Assembly: GCA_042216675.1 (NCBI GenBank) | Contig: JBDGTS010000016.1 | Coordinates: 18,829-82,828, forward strand | Origin: Halobacteriaceae archaeon | Lineage (GTDB): Archaea; Halobacteriota; Halobacteria; Halobacteriales; Halobacteriaceae | Reading direction: 5' to 3' | DNA: 64,000 bases | Part shown: piece by piece, positions 28,983 through 37,841 of the stretch | How positions within the stretch are numbered: position 1 is the first letter of the stretch | Layout of the letters: every line of letters begins with the position of its first letter | Notes under the pieces: generated by a model | Database searches by the model: none | What the model saw: only the letters and a program-made list of their open reading frames with translations | What the model was told of the DNA's origin: nothing | Translations under genes and position numbers: made by a program

Positions 28983-30320
28983 TCAGGACACCACGCCGAC
29001 GTCGTCGTCTGCCGTCAGTTTGTCCCCGTTCGCGTCGCGGACGAACTGCACGTCGTTCGCGCCGCCCACGTCGTCCAGATATTTGAGATAGCCGTTCGTG
29101 CCGACGTAGACGAGTTCGGGCGCGCCGTCGCAGTCCACGTCCGCGGCGGTGGCCGGCGCCTTCGCCGCGTCCGTGGCGTCGACGTTCGTCGAGTCGGCGG
29201 CTTCGGCCAGTTTTGCGTCGTTGCTCCCGTCCACGCCCACCGCTCGCTCGGTGCCGTCGCCGTCGAAGTCCGCGAACTGTCCGCCGCCGAGGCCGTCGTT
29301 CGACCCGAGTTGCCCCTCGTCGAACTTCTCGATGGCGCCGGAGGGTTCGACGAACCGGAGCCACTGGCTCCCGTCCACGAAGACGAGTTCGTCGGTGCCG
29401 TCGCCGTCGACGTCACCCGGACCGAGGACGGCGCTGACACCGTCACTGGGATCCGCGACGGCCGTCGGCGACCCGCCCGGCGCGACCCGGAACAGTTTGT
29501 CCGTGCTGTCGCCGGCGTAGAACACCCCACGATTGCCGTTCCACGTCCCCGCCGCGACGAGCGTCTTCGACTCCACGGGCGCGGCGGCGGCCGTGTCCTC
29601 GACGAGGACGCGCGTCGTGCCCTTGCTCTCGGTCAGGGCGAGGTCGCCGTCCAGCGTCACGATCGGCAGTTCCGCGTTCCCGTCGCCGTCGGCGTCGCCG
29701 AGACGCCCGAGGGCGGAAACGTCGGGATAGCCGGTCGTGACGGTGCCGTCGCACGCGATGGCCCGCACCCCGTTCGGCCCGTCGGCGACGATGGTGCCCG
29801 ACTGGTCGAACAGCGGTGGTTCGGGCGGGACGACCCTCGTCATCACGTGACGGCCGATGAACGTCCCCGTCGGCTGGTTCGGCGCGTACCAGAGAATCCG
29901 AACCACGTCGCCCTGCGTGAAGTTGAACGGTACCGAGGCGTCGCCGGTGCGGTTCCCCCGCGCGTCGTCGATGACGAACCGGTCCCCGTGGGTTATCGCG
30001 CCCCCCGCGGCCGCGGTCCCGGTCTCGGTCATCCACCGCCGCGTCGCCGCCCCGTTCTCGCCGTCGATGACGACCAGCAGGCGGCCCGTGTTCTCCGGCG
30101 TAATATCCTCCCCGCCGAGGTGGACGATGGTGAGCGTCCCTCTGTTCGAGTTGTACTCGTAGCCGAGGACTGGATCGGGGGCGACCGGCTCGAGGGCCGC
30201 CAGTTCCATCACCATCGTCCCGACGGTGGCCACGAGCATCGCCACGATGACGATGAGGAGCGCCACCCCCACGACTGGCGAGACGGCGCGCTCGCTCCCG
30301 TCCCGCCACCGTGGCACCAT
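28983..30320 (-). CDS. Archaeal type IV pilin-like protein with C-terminal DxDxDG (FG-GAP/VCBS-like) repeats
   Basis: Class III signal 'ERA/VSPVVGVALLIVIVAML', pilin motif 'LTIVHLGGEDI'; repeats DADGDG, DVDGDGTDELV, DFDGDG, DVDCDGAPELV. Confidence 0.8.
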   Translation of the reverse strand: MVPRWRDGSERAVSPVVGVALLIVIVAMLVATVGTMVMELAALEPVAPDPVLGYEYNSNRGTLTIVHLGGEDITPENTGRLLVVIDGENGAATRRWMTETGTAAAGGAITHGDRFVIDDARGNRTGDASVPFNFTQGDVVRILWYAPNQPTGTFIGRHVMTRVVPPEPPLFDQSGTIVADGPNGVRAIACDGTVTTGYPDVSALGRLGDADGDGNAELPIVTLDGDLALTESKGTTRVLVEDTAAAAPVESKTLVAAGTWNGNRGVFYAGDSTDKLFRVAPGGSPTAVADPSDGVSAVLGPGDVDGDGTDELVFVDGSQWLRFVEPSGAIEKFDEGQLGSNDGLGGGQFADFDGDGTERAVGVDGSNDAKLAEAADSTNVDATDAAKAPATAADVDCDGAPELVYVGTNGYLKYLDDVGGANDVQFVRDANGDKLTADDDVGVVS

Positions 30321-30447
30321 GTGACGCCGATATGGCGGCTACACGGGTCCATCTCCGCCCAAATATTGTTGGCGGCGATTAGGCTCCGGGCGTCTCCGCC
30401 GCGCCGTCGCAAACTTATATGCCGCGGGGCGGCGAACAGGGACGTAC

Positions 30448-31116
30448 ATGCAACTTGTTATCATCGGTGCAGGTCGGGTCGGGATGCGCACGGCCCGCGT
30501 TCTCAAGAACGAGGGGCACGACGTAATCGTCGTCGACAACGACCCCGCGAAGGTCGAACGCGCCGAGGAGGACGGCTTCGAGGCCATCGAGGGCGACGGC
30601 TCCAGCGAGGACGTCCTCGAACAGGCCGGCCTCGACGAGGCGGACGCGGTGGGCGCACTCACGGGCGACCTGAACGTGAACTTCGTCGTCTGCATGGTCG
30701 CCAAACACCACGGCTGTCGCACCGTCCTCCGCATCGACGAGGACTACCGCGAGGAAATCTACCGCCAGTACGCCGACGAGGTGGACGAAATCGTCTACCC
30801 CGAGCGACTGGGCGCCATCGGCGCGAAGAATGCGCTTCTGGGTGGGAACGTCACCGCCATCGCGGACCTCGCCGAACATCTGCAGGTGGTCCAGTTCACC
30901 GTCACCGAGGAGGCACCCATGCACGGCTACACCATCAGCGAACTCGAACTCCCCTCCGACGCGCGCATCCTCGCCATCGGGAAGCGAAGCGAGTCCTTGA
31001 GTCTGCCGCTCCCTGACGACACGCTCGAAGTCGGTGACCGCATCGCCGTTCTCTCGAACTTCGAGGCGCTGGACTCGGTGCGCCAGATTCTCGTCGGCGA
31101 CGGTGGGGGTGCGTGA
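30448..31116 (+). CDS. trkA: TrkA-family potassium uptake protein (RCK N and C domains)
   Basis: 'VIIGAGRVG', 'GDGSSEDVLEQAG', 'LTGDLNVN', TrkA-C 'LEVGDRI'. Confidence 0.88.
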   Translation: MQLVIIGAGRVGMRTARVLKNEGHDVIVVDNDPAKVERAEEDGFEAIEGDGSSEDVLEQAGLDEADAVGALTGDLNVNFVVCMVAKHHGCRTVLRIDEDYREEIYRQYADEVDEIVYPERLGAIGAKNALLGGNVTAIADLAEHLQVVQFTVTEEAPMHGYTISELELPSDARILAIGKRSESLSLPLPDDTLEVGDRIAVLSNFEALDSVRQILVGDGGGA

Positions 31117-31349
31117 CGATGGTCGTCGCCTACATCCTCGTGAAGGCCAGCACCGGCGAGGCCGAACGCGTTCGGGACGAACTCGCCGCCGTCGAGGGCG
31201 TCGAGGACGTCCACATCGTCGCCGGCGACGTGGACTTTATCGCCCGCGTCAGCGTGGAGAATCCGGCCGCAGTCCGTCAGATTGCCGCCACCGGGTTCCA
31301 GGGCATCGCGGGCGTCGCGGACACCGAGACCTACATCGCGATGGAGTAG
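31113..31349 (+). CDS. Lrp/AsnC ligand-binding (RAM) domain protein
   Basis: 'VVAYILVK..TGEA', 'HIVAGDVDFIA', 'TETYIAM'; GTGA overlap with trkA. Confidence 0.85.
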   Translation: MTMVVAYILVKASTGEAERVRDELAAVEGVEDVHIVAGDVDFIARVSVENPAAVRQIAATGFQGIAGVADTETYIAME

Positions 31350-31799
31350 TCAGGCGTCGCCGCCGTGGCGGCGCGCCCGTTGGCGCATCGCCGCCACCGC
31401 TTCGACGTAGTCGTAGCCCGGGATGAGTCCCTGAAACCACGTCCCCTCGACGTAGTTCACCACGGCCAGCGCTTCCTCTGCCGGGTCGTTCCCCGGCGCG
31501 AAGGACGTTTCCACGACGACGGTCTCTCCCTCCCGGCGCACGTCGGGTGTCGCCACCTCGTCGGTGCGGGTGACGCCGGTCACACCGTCGAGGCGTCGCT
31601 CCAGCGTCTCGAACCACCCCTCCGCGACGGCGTCGCCCACCTCGCCCTCGACGGCCGCCTCGATGGCCGGGACCTCGCACACGACGGTCCAGCGGTCCGA
31701 CTCGGGGTCGACGCGCGCCTCGAACTCCGCCGTGGTCACGCGGTACGTGCCGTCCGCGGCCTCGAACTCGTCGGCTGTCGCCAGTGCGGGATGGGTCAT
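31350..31799 (-). CDS. Conserved haloarchaeal hypothetical protein (DUF5813-like)
   Basis: 'V.EGWFETLERRL', 'YVEGTW.QG.IPGYDY'. Confidence 0.7.
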   Translation of the reverse strand: MTHPALATADEFEAADGTYRVTTAEFEARVDPESDRWTVVCEVPAIEAAVEGEVGDAVAEGWFETLERRLDGVTGVTRTDEVATPDVRREGETVVVETSFAPGNDPAEEALAVVNYVEGTWFQGLIPGYDYVEAVAAMRQRARRHGGDA

Positions 31800-31821
31800 C
31801 GCGTCCGGGTAGGCGACCCGG

Positions 31822-32205
31822 TCAGTTGGGCGTTGTGCCTCCGGCGACGGTGACGAGAGCGACGTTGCCGAGGTCCGCAACGATGAAGGCCACGATGGCG
31901 GCGACGGTTCCGCCGGCGAGGGGTTCGAGGAGGACAAAGAGCGCCGTCATCTCCGCGGCCACCACGGCGCAGGCGCCGAGCGTCCACGCCACTGCCAGCG
32001 GGCGGTCGTAGGTCCGGGGCCACTCGTCGTAGACGCGGGGCACGCCGACCCCGAGCGCCAACAGCGAGAGGAAGCCAAAGGAGTACGTCGCGCCCACGGC
32101 GCTCTGCAGAAGGTAGGCGCCCGGAATCGCGACGACGACGGCCGTGAGGACGACGGGGAACTCGGGGCCGGTCACCCAGTCGCGGAGTCGTTGGAGTACG
32201 TCCAT
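31822..32205 (-). CDS. Hypothetical membrane protein
   Basis: Four hydrophobic segments. Confidence 0.65.
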   Translation of the reverse strand: MDVLQRLRDWVTGPEFPVVLTAVVVAIPGAYLLQSAVGATYSFGFLSLLALGVGVPRVYDEWPRTYDRPLAVAWTLGACAVVAAEMTALFVLLEPLAGGTVAAIVAFIVADLGNVALVTVAGGTTPN

Positions 32206-32264
32206 CGCCGGACACGCGCCCGGTAGTCACGTAAAATGCGGGGGATGTGGACGCGCCGCGAGAC

Positions 32265-32347
32265 TGAGGGGACGGGGATTCGAACCCCGGTACTCCTAAG
32301 AGACGGGGTCTTAAGCCCCGCGCCTTTGGCCGCTCGGCCACCCCCTC
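32265..32347 (-). tRNA. tRNA-Leu (anticodon UAA)
   Basis: Folded by eye: acceptor GAGGGGG/TCCCCTC + A73; D arm GCC..GGC; anticodon stem CGGGG-CTTAAGA-CCCCG; long variable arm CTC-TTAG-GAG; T arm CGGGG-TTCGAAT-CCCCG. CCA not encoded. Confidence 0.92.
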
Positions 32348-32405
32348 ACAGTCGCGCCGGTAATAGGTAATCGGCGGCGAAGTTTACTGCCTTTCGGTTA
32401 CCCAC

Positions 32406-33395
32406 CTACACCGGCGTCATCAGCGTCCACTGTTCGCGCGAAATCTCGTGTGCCAGCGACTCGCCCGCCTGCCAGCGCTCCACGTCGTCGAGCACTGACT
32501 CCGTCAGCGGCGCGCGGATGCGCGACCCGCCGGTGTGGGGCGTCAGCAAGACGTTGTCGAGGGTCCGCAACTCGTGGTCCTCGGGGAGCGGTTCCTCGTG
32601 GAACACGTCCAGCACCGCGTCGAGGCGGCCCGAGCGGAGTTCCGCGAGCATCGCGTCCGCCTCGACCAGTCCCGCCCGCGCCGTGTTGACGAAGAGAGCG
32701 CCGTCGGGGAGGTGCGCAAGTTCGTCCTCGCCGACCATCCCCTCCGTTTCCGGTGTGAGCGAGGCGTGCAGGGACACCACGTCGCTGCTGAGGGCGTCGT
32801 CGAGGGGCGCGAGGGACGCGAACGGCCAGTCCGCGAGAGCCTCGTCGTCGATGTAAGGGTCGTAGACGGCCACGGACACGTCCCACGACGCGAGGTGGTC
32901 GAGGACGTGACGGCCGATGGTGCCCAGTCCGACGAGGCCCACCGAGGACCCGTGGAGCGATTCGATGGTCACGTCGGCGTCCCACGCGCCGTCGCGCATC
33001 GCGCGGTCGAGTGCGGGGAGGCGGCGGCGGTGGGCGACGACGGCCGCGACCGTCTGCTCTGCGACGAAGCGCGCCATCTCGTCGTTGGCGCTCACGACCC
33101 GCACGCCGGCGTCGTACGCCGCTTCGGAAGCGATGTCCGCGACGCTCCCGCCGGTGTGCGCGACGAGCGACAGGTCGTCCGCCGCCTCGACGACGGACGC
33201 AGTGACCTGTGGGCTTCCCCACCCGGTCACCAACACGTCGACCCCCGGGATTCGCTCGCGGAGGTCGCTCTCGGTGAACTGGTCGCCCGTCTCGTTCCAC
33301 TCGACGGTCCCGAGCGATTCGAGTCGCTCGCGCGTCTCCGCCGGGAAGAAGCCGCCGCGTGACCCGGTCCCCGGGACCGTGACGAGGATGTCCAT
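32406..33395 (-). CDS. D-isomer-specific 2-hydroxyacid dehydrogenase
   Basis: 'VGLVGLGTIG', 'VSLHA', 'FVNTARAG', 'LDVFHEEP', 'LTPH.GG'. Confidence 0.9.
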   Translation of the reverse strand: MDILVTVPGTGSRGGFFPAETRERLESLGTVEWNETGDQFTESDLRERIPGVDVLVTGWGSPQVTASVVEAADDLSLVAHTGGSVADIASEAAYDAGVRVVSANDEMARFVAEQTVAAVVAHRRRLPALDRAMRDGAWDADVTIESLHGSSVGLVGLGTIGRHVLDHLASWDVSVAVYDPYIDDEALADWPFASLAPLDDALSSDVVSLHASLTPETEGMVGEDELAHLPDGALFVNTARAGLVEADAMLAELRSGRLDAVLDVFHEEPLPEDHELRTLDNVLLTPHTGGSRIRAPLTESVLDDVERWQAGESLAHEISREQWTLMTPV

Positions 33396-33425
33396 GCTGG
33401 CCGGTGGAGGGACCGGTACAAAAAG

Positions 33426-33764
33426 TTACCAGTCCACGGAGAGGGTGCCGTCGCCCTCGGGGTCCGGGGCGATCTCCTCGCCGGTGCGTCGGTCCACGAC
33501 GTGAATCACGCCGTCGCCCTTCTTCGCAGGGCACACCTCGGCGGCGCGGACGTTGTGGTCGAGGGCCGACTCGTCGAAGAAGAACGCGTTCGGCGACGCG
33601 ATGCCCGTCGCGAGTGACACTTCCCAGTTGTCGGAGACGGCCGCGCACTCGCCGGTGCCGATACAGCGGTTCGCCTCGAAGACGACCTTGTAGGGGGCTT
33701 CGTCGACGGGCGGGGCGTCCGCCTCGCCCACCTCGGCTGGGTCCACGGGTTCGTCGGCGTCCAT
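33426..33764 (-). CDS. Small ferredoxin (single cluster, 3Fe-4S-like)
   Basis: 'CIGTGEC....' and 'AAEVCP'. Confidence 0.8.
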   Translation of the reverse strand: MDADEPVDPAEVGEADAPPVDEAPYKVVFEANRCIGTGECAAVSDNWEVSLATGIASPNAFFFDESALDHNVRAAEVCPAKKGDGVIHVVDRRTGEEIAPDPEGDGTLSVDW

Positions 33765-33810
33765 ACCGACGCGTGGCGCTCCGTGGCCTTTCCGGTGTCG
33801 GTCGCCGCGA

Positions 33811-34587
33811 TTACAGCGCCGTGTACCCGCCGTCGGCGTACAGCAGTTCGCCGGTGACGAACGACGCCTCGTCGCTCGCCAGCGTCAGGTAGAGGCCCGC
33901 GATTTCCGCTGGCGCGGCCCGGCCCGGCATCGGCACCTGCTTGCCCACGTCGGGTCGCTCCCTGTCGCTCCGGCTGCGCGTCCCGCCGCCGATTTCCGTC
34001 TCGATGGCGCCCGGCGCGACGGCGTTCACGCGGATGTCCTCCTGTGCGAGTTCGATGGCCGCGTTCTGCGTGAGCATCTTCACCCCCGCCTTCGTCGCGT
34101 TGTACATCGACTGGCCCACCTGCGCGATGGTCGAACTGATGGAGGCGGTGTTGACGACGGCGCCCGCCTCGCCGCGCTCTATCATGTCGAGGGCCGCCAC
34201 CTGTGTGCCGTGGAACACACCCTTCACGTTCACGTCGAACAGCATCTCGAAGTCCTCTTCCACCGAGTCGAGGAACAGGCCGCCCCGATGGATGCCGGCG
34301 TTGTTGACCATCACGTCGACGCCGCCGAACTCGCGGGCCGCCTCGACGGCCGTCTCGACGTCCTCGCGGTCGGAGACGTCCGACTCGACGAAGACGGCTT
34401 CGCCGCCGTCGTCTGCGATGACCTCGTGGGTCGGGTCGCCCTCGCCCTTCGGGGCCTCGCGCACGTCGGCGACGACGACGGTCGCGCCCGCCTCGCCGAA
34501 GCGCCGCGCCACCGCGCGGCCGATACCGGAACTGCCGCCGGTCACGATTGCCGTCTCACCGGTGAAATCGAATGTAGCCGTACCCAT
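33811..34587 (-). CDS. SDR family oxidoreductase
   Basis: 'TGGSSGIG', 'NNAG', 'YNATK', 'IRVNAVAPG', 'DGG'. Confidence 0.92.
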   Translation of the reverse strand: MGTATFDFTGETAIVTGGSSGIGRAVARRFGEAGATVVVADVREAPKGEGDPTHEVIADDGGEAVFVESDVSDREDVETAVEAAREFGGVDVMVNNAGIHRGGLFLDSVEEDFEMLFDVNVKGVFHGTQVAALDMIERGEAGAVVNTASISSTIAQVGQSMYNATKAGVKMLTQNAAIELAQEDIRVNAVAPGAIETEIGGGTRSRSDRERPDVGKQVPMPGRAAPAEIAGLYLTLASDEASFVTGELLYADGGYTAL

Positions 34588-34672
34588 ATCGACCGTTGGG
34601 TGACGCGCCGTATTAGCCTACGGACAGCGGCAGACCGCAACGGCTTTGCGCGCGGCTCCGAATCGCACGGCC

Positions 34673-35035
34673 ATGGCAGACGTGCTTCACACGGCGGTCT
34701 GGGTGTCCGACCTCGACGCGACGGCGGCGTTCTACGAGGACGGTCTCGGCCTCGCCTTCTCCCGCGAGTTCGAGGGCGACGACGGCGTGACCAACTACTT
34801 CGTCACCGGCGAGAGCGACGCCGAGATTCAGTTCAAGTACGCGGCCGACGAGTCGCCGGACGACCCCGCGGGCATCGACCACCTCGCCGTCGAGGTGCCC
34901 GACACCGACGCGAAGGCCGAGGAACTGGGCGCCGAGTACGACAGCGAGATTCTCGCCGGCCCGATGGACCACGGCGACGCCCGCATCGCCTTCGTCACCG
35001 ACCCCGACGGCTACGGCGTGGAACTCATCAGCTAG
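34673..35035 (+). CDS. VOC/glyoxalase family protein
   Basis: 'HTAVWVSDL...FY', 'DHLAVEV', 'DPDGYGVEL'. Confidence 0.88.
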   Translation: MADVLHTAVWVSDLDATAAFYEDGLGLAFSREFEGDDGVTNYFVTGESDAEIQFKYAADESPDDPAGIDHLAVEVPDTDAKAEELGAEYDSEILAGPMDHGDARIAFVTDPDGYGVELIS

Positions 35036-35096
35036 CGGCAGTCCGGCGCGGGAGTCGGCGGCTTTTAGCCCCCGCGGGTGGTCGTGGTGTCCATAG

Positions 35097-37790
35097 ATGG
35101 CGCCGAGGCCCCACGGACTCCGAACCGCGTACGCCACCGCTCCCCTCGGACTCGGGGAGCGCGAACCGACACTCCGCTGGCAGGCGGCCGCCGACGACCG
35201 CGGCGCCGGGCAGACGGCGTTCCGCGTCTGCGTCGCAACCGACCCCGAGCGCTGTCGCCCCGGCGAGGCCGACGTGTGGGACACGGGCCGCCGCGAGTCC
35301 GCTCGCCCCGCCGTCGAGTACGACGGCCCCGCACTCGCTTCCCGCGAGCGATACCACTGGGCCGTGCGCATCTGGGACGAGGACGGCGAGCGCTCGGCGT
35401 GGAGCGACACCGGGACCTTCGAGATGGGACTCCTCGACGCCGCCGACTGGTCGGCGTCGTGGATTCGCCGCGACGAGGACCAGTACGAGCGCGGGCACTT
35501 CTCTCACTTCCGCCGCGAGTTCGACCTCGACGGCGAGGTGGCGCGAGCGCGGGCCTACGTCTCCGCGGGCCAGCAGTACGCGCTCTCGGCCAACGGCGTG
35601 GAACTCGACCGCGGCCCCTCGTTCTCCTACCCCGACTCGCAGTACTACAAGACGGTCGACCTCAGCGACGCCCTGACGGAGGGTGCGAACGCCGTCGGTG
35701 CTCTCCAGACGTGGAACGCGGGCGGACAGGGCCGCCCCGAGGGCGAGCCGGGCTTCATCTGCCAAATCGAGGTCGAACTCGCCGACGGCACGGAGCGACG
35801 CATCGCCACCGACGACGATTGGGCGGTGCGCGAGGCGGCGTGGCAGGACACCGACATCCGCAACGGCGAAATCGCGGAACCCATCGAGGTCATCGACGCG
35901 CGCGAGGTGCCCCGCGGCTGGACGGCCCCCGGCTTCGACGATAGCGACTGGGAGCGACCCGCCGTCGTTGGCGACCACCCCACCGAACCGTGGACGAGTC
36001 TCGTCGCACAGGAGCGTGAAGTCGTGCGCCGCCGCGTCGAACCCGAATCCGTCGACATTCTCGACGACGGCACCTACGTGTACGACTTCGGTCGCGTCTA
36101 CTCCGCCGTCCCCGTCGTGGAGTTCGAGGACGGCGAGGCGGGCCGCCGCGTCGACATGCTCGCGGGCTACCGCCGCGACGACGGCCACGTCTCCACCGAC
36201 GAGGGCACGCAGACGACGGACATGTCCTACGGCCTGATTCAGCGGGACGGCGGCCAGACGTTCCGCCCGTTCAACTATCTGGGCATCCGCTACTTCGAAG
36301 TCGAGGACCCGGGCGAACAGCCGGACGTGACGCTCTTCGCCTCGCACACCGACGTGCCCGACCGACGCGCTGCCACCTTCGAGTCCGACGACGAGACGGT
36401 GGACGACGTGTTCGAGATGGCGCGCCACTCCGCGCTGTACGGCTCCCAAGAGCAGTTCATCGACACGCCGACCCGGGAGAAGGGACAGTTCCTGATGGAC
36501 GGCTTCAACATCTCGCGGGTGACGACCCACGCCTTCGGCGAACGCCGCCTCAGCCGGCAGGCCATTCGGGAGTTCGTCGAGTCCCACTACCGCTACTGGT
36601 GCGCGGAGGGCCGCCTCAACGCGGTGTATCCGAACGACGACGGGAAGCGCGACATCCCCGACTTCACCGCCAACTTCGGCGAGTGGGTGTGGCGCTACTA
36701 CCGCGTCACCGACGACGAGCGGATTCTGGAGGAGGCCTACCCCATCGTGAAGGCCGTCGCCGACTACGTCCTCCGGAACGTCGACGACGAGACGGGTCTC
36801 GTGATGAACCTCGCTGGCGGCATCGGCGGCCCATACCACCAGGGCATCGTCGACTGGCCCCCGGAGATGCGCTACGGCTTCGACCGGGACTGGCCCGCGC
36901 GGACGCCGGTGAACGTCCTCTGTGCGAACGCGCTCCTGCGAACCGCCCGCATCGCCGACGAACTCGACCGGCCGGACTACGAGCGGCGCCACTACCGCGA
37001 CGAGGGCGCGGCGCTCGCGTCGGCCATCAACGACTACTGCCTCGTCGACGGCCGCTACGTCGACGGCGCCGACGCCGAGGCCCACAGCGACAACGCCTCC
37101 CAACACGCGAACGCGCTCCCCCTCGCCTTCGGCATCGCACCCGCCGAAATCGCGCCTGACCTCGCTGACCGCATCGCCGACCAAGGGATGTCGATGGGGC
37201 CGATGATGGTCCAGTGGCTCTGCGAGGCGTTCGAGGCCACCGGCCGCACCGACGCTCTCGTCGACCTCATCACCGACGAGGAACAGGACGGCTGGGCCGA
37301 CATCCTCTCGCGCGACCAGACCTCCTTCTTCACGTGGGAGACGTGGCACGCACGCTCCGACGACGTGACGAAGGGCGGCGGTCGACGGAACCGAAGCGAG
37401 TCCCACGCGATGGGCGCGACGGTCCTCGTGAGCATCCAGCGAGCCCTGCTCGGCGTGCGCCTCGTCGGCCCCGGCGGGTCGCACCTCGACGTGGCCCCGC
37501 CCGCCGCCGGCATCGACAGCGCCGCGGGCACCGTCCCCACCGAACGCGGCCCCGTCGCGGTGTCGTGGGACCGTGCGGGTGGCCTCTCGCTCGACGTGAC
37601 GGTGCCGTGGAACGCGACGGCGACGGTGACGCTCCCCGTCGGGGACGCGGCCGTCTCCGAGGGCGGTGACCCCCTCTGGGACGACGGCGCGGCGGACGAC
37701 CTCCCGGCCGGCGTGACAGCAGTCCGTCACGAGGGCGATGCAGTCGTCGCCGAGGTTCGGGCGGGCGACTACCACTTCGCCGCGGAGTAG
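35097..37790 (+). CDS. Alpha-L-rhamnosidase (GH78)
   Basis: N-terminal 'P.LRW...QTA...WDTGR', 'FEMGLL...W', 'YDFG', 'DTPTREKGQ', 'WETW', 'SESH.M'. No signal peptide. Confidence 0.88.
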   Translation: MAPRPHGLRTAYATAPLGLGEREPTLRWQAAADDRGAGQTAFRVCVATDPERCRPGEADVWDTGRRESARPAVEYDGPALASRERYHWAVRIWDEDGERSAWSDTGTFEMGLLDAADWSASWIRRDEDQYERGHFSHFRREFDLDGEVARARAYVSAGQQYALSANGVELDRGPSFSYPDSQYYKTVDLSDALTEGANAVGALQTWNAGGQGRPEGEPGFICQIEVELADGTERRIATDDDWAVREAAWQDTDIRNGEIAEPIEVIDAREVPRGWTAPGFDDSDWERPAVVGDHPTEPWTSLVAQEREVVRRRVEPESVDILDDGTYVYDFGRVYSAVPVVEFEDGEAGRRVDMLAGYRRDDGHVSTDEGTQTTDMSYGLIQRDGGQTFRPFNYLGIRYFEVEDPGEQPDVTLFASHTDVPDRRAATFESDDETVDDVFEMARHSALYGSQEQFIDTPTREKGQFLMDGFNISRVTTHAFGERRLSRQAIREFVESHYRYWCAEGRLNAVYPNDDGKRDIPDFTANFGEWVWRYYRVTDDERILEEAYPIVKAVADYVLRNVDDETGLVMNLAGGIGGPYHQGIVDWPPEMRYGFDRDWPARTPVNVLCANALLRTARIADELDRPDYERRHYRDEGAALASAINDYCLVDGRYVDGADAEAHSDNASQHANALPLAFGIAPAEIAPDLADRIADQGMSMGPMMVQWLCEAFEATGRTDALVDLITDEEQDGWADILSRDQTSFFTWETWHARSDDVTKGGGRRNRSESHAMGATVLVSIQRALLGVRLVGPGGSHLDVAPPAAGIDSAAGTVPTERGPVAVSWDRAGGLSLDVTVPWNATATVTLPVGDAAVSEGGDPLWDDGAADDLPAGVTAVRHEGDAVVAEVRAGDYHFAAE

Positions 37791-37841
37791 CCGAAACCGG
37801 GCGGGGGATTTTTGTCATCGAACCGCGAATAGGGCGACATA

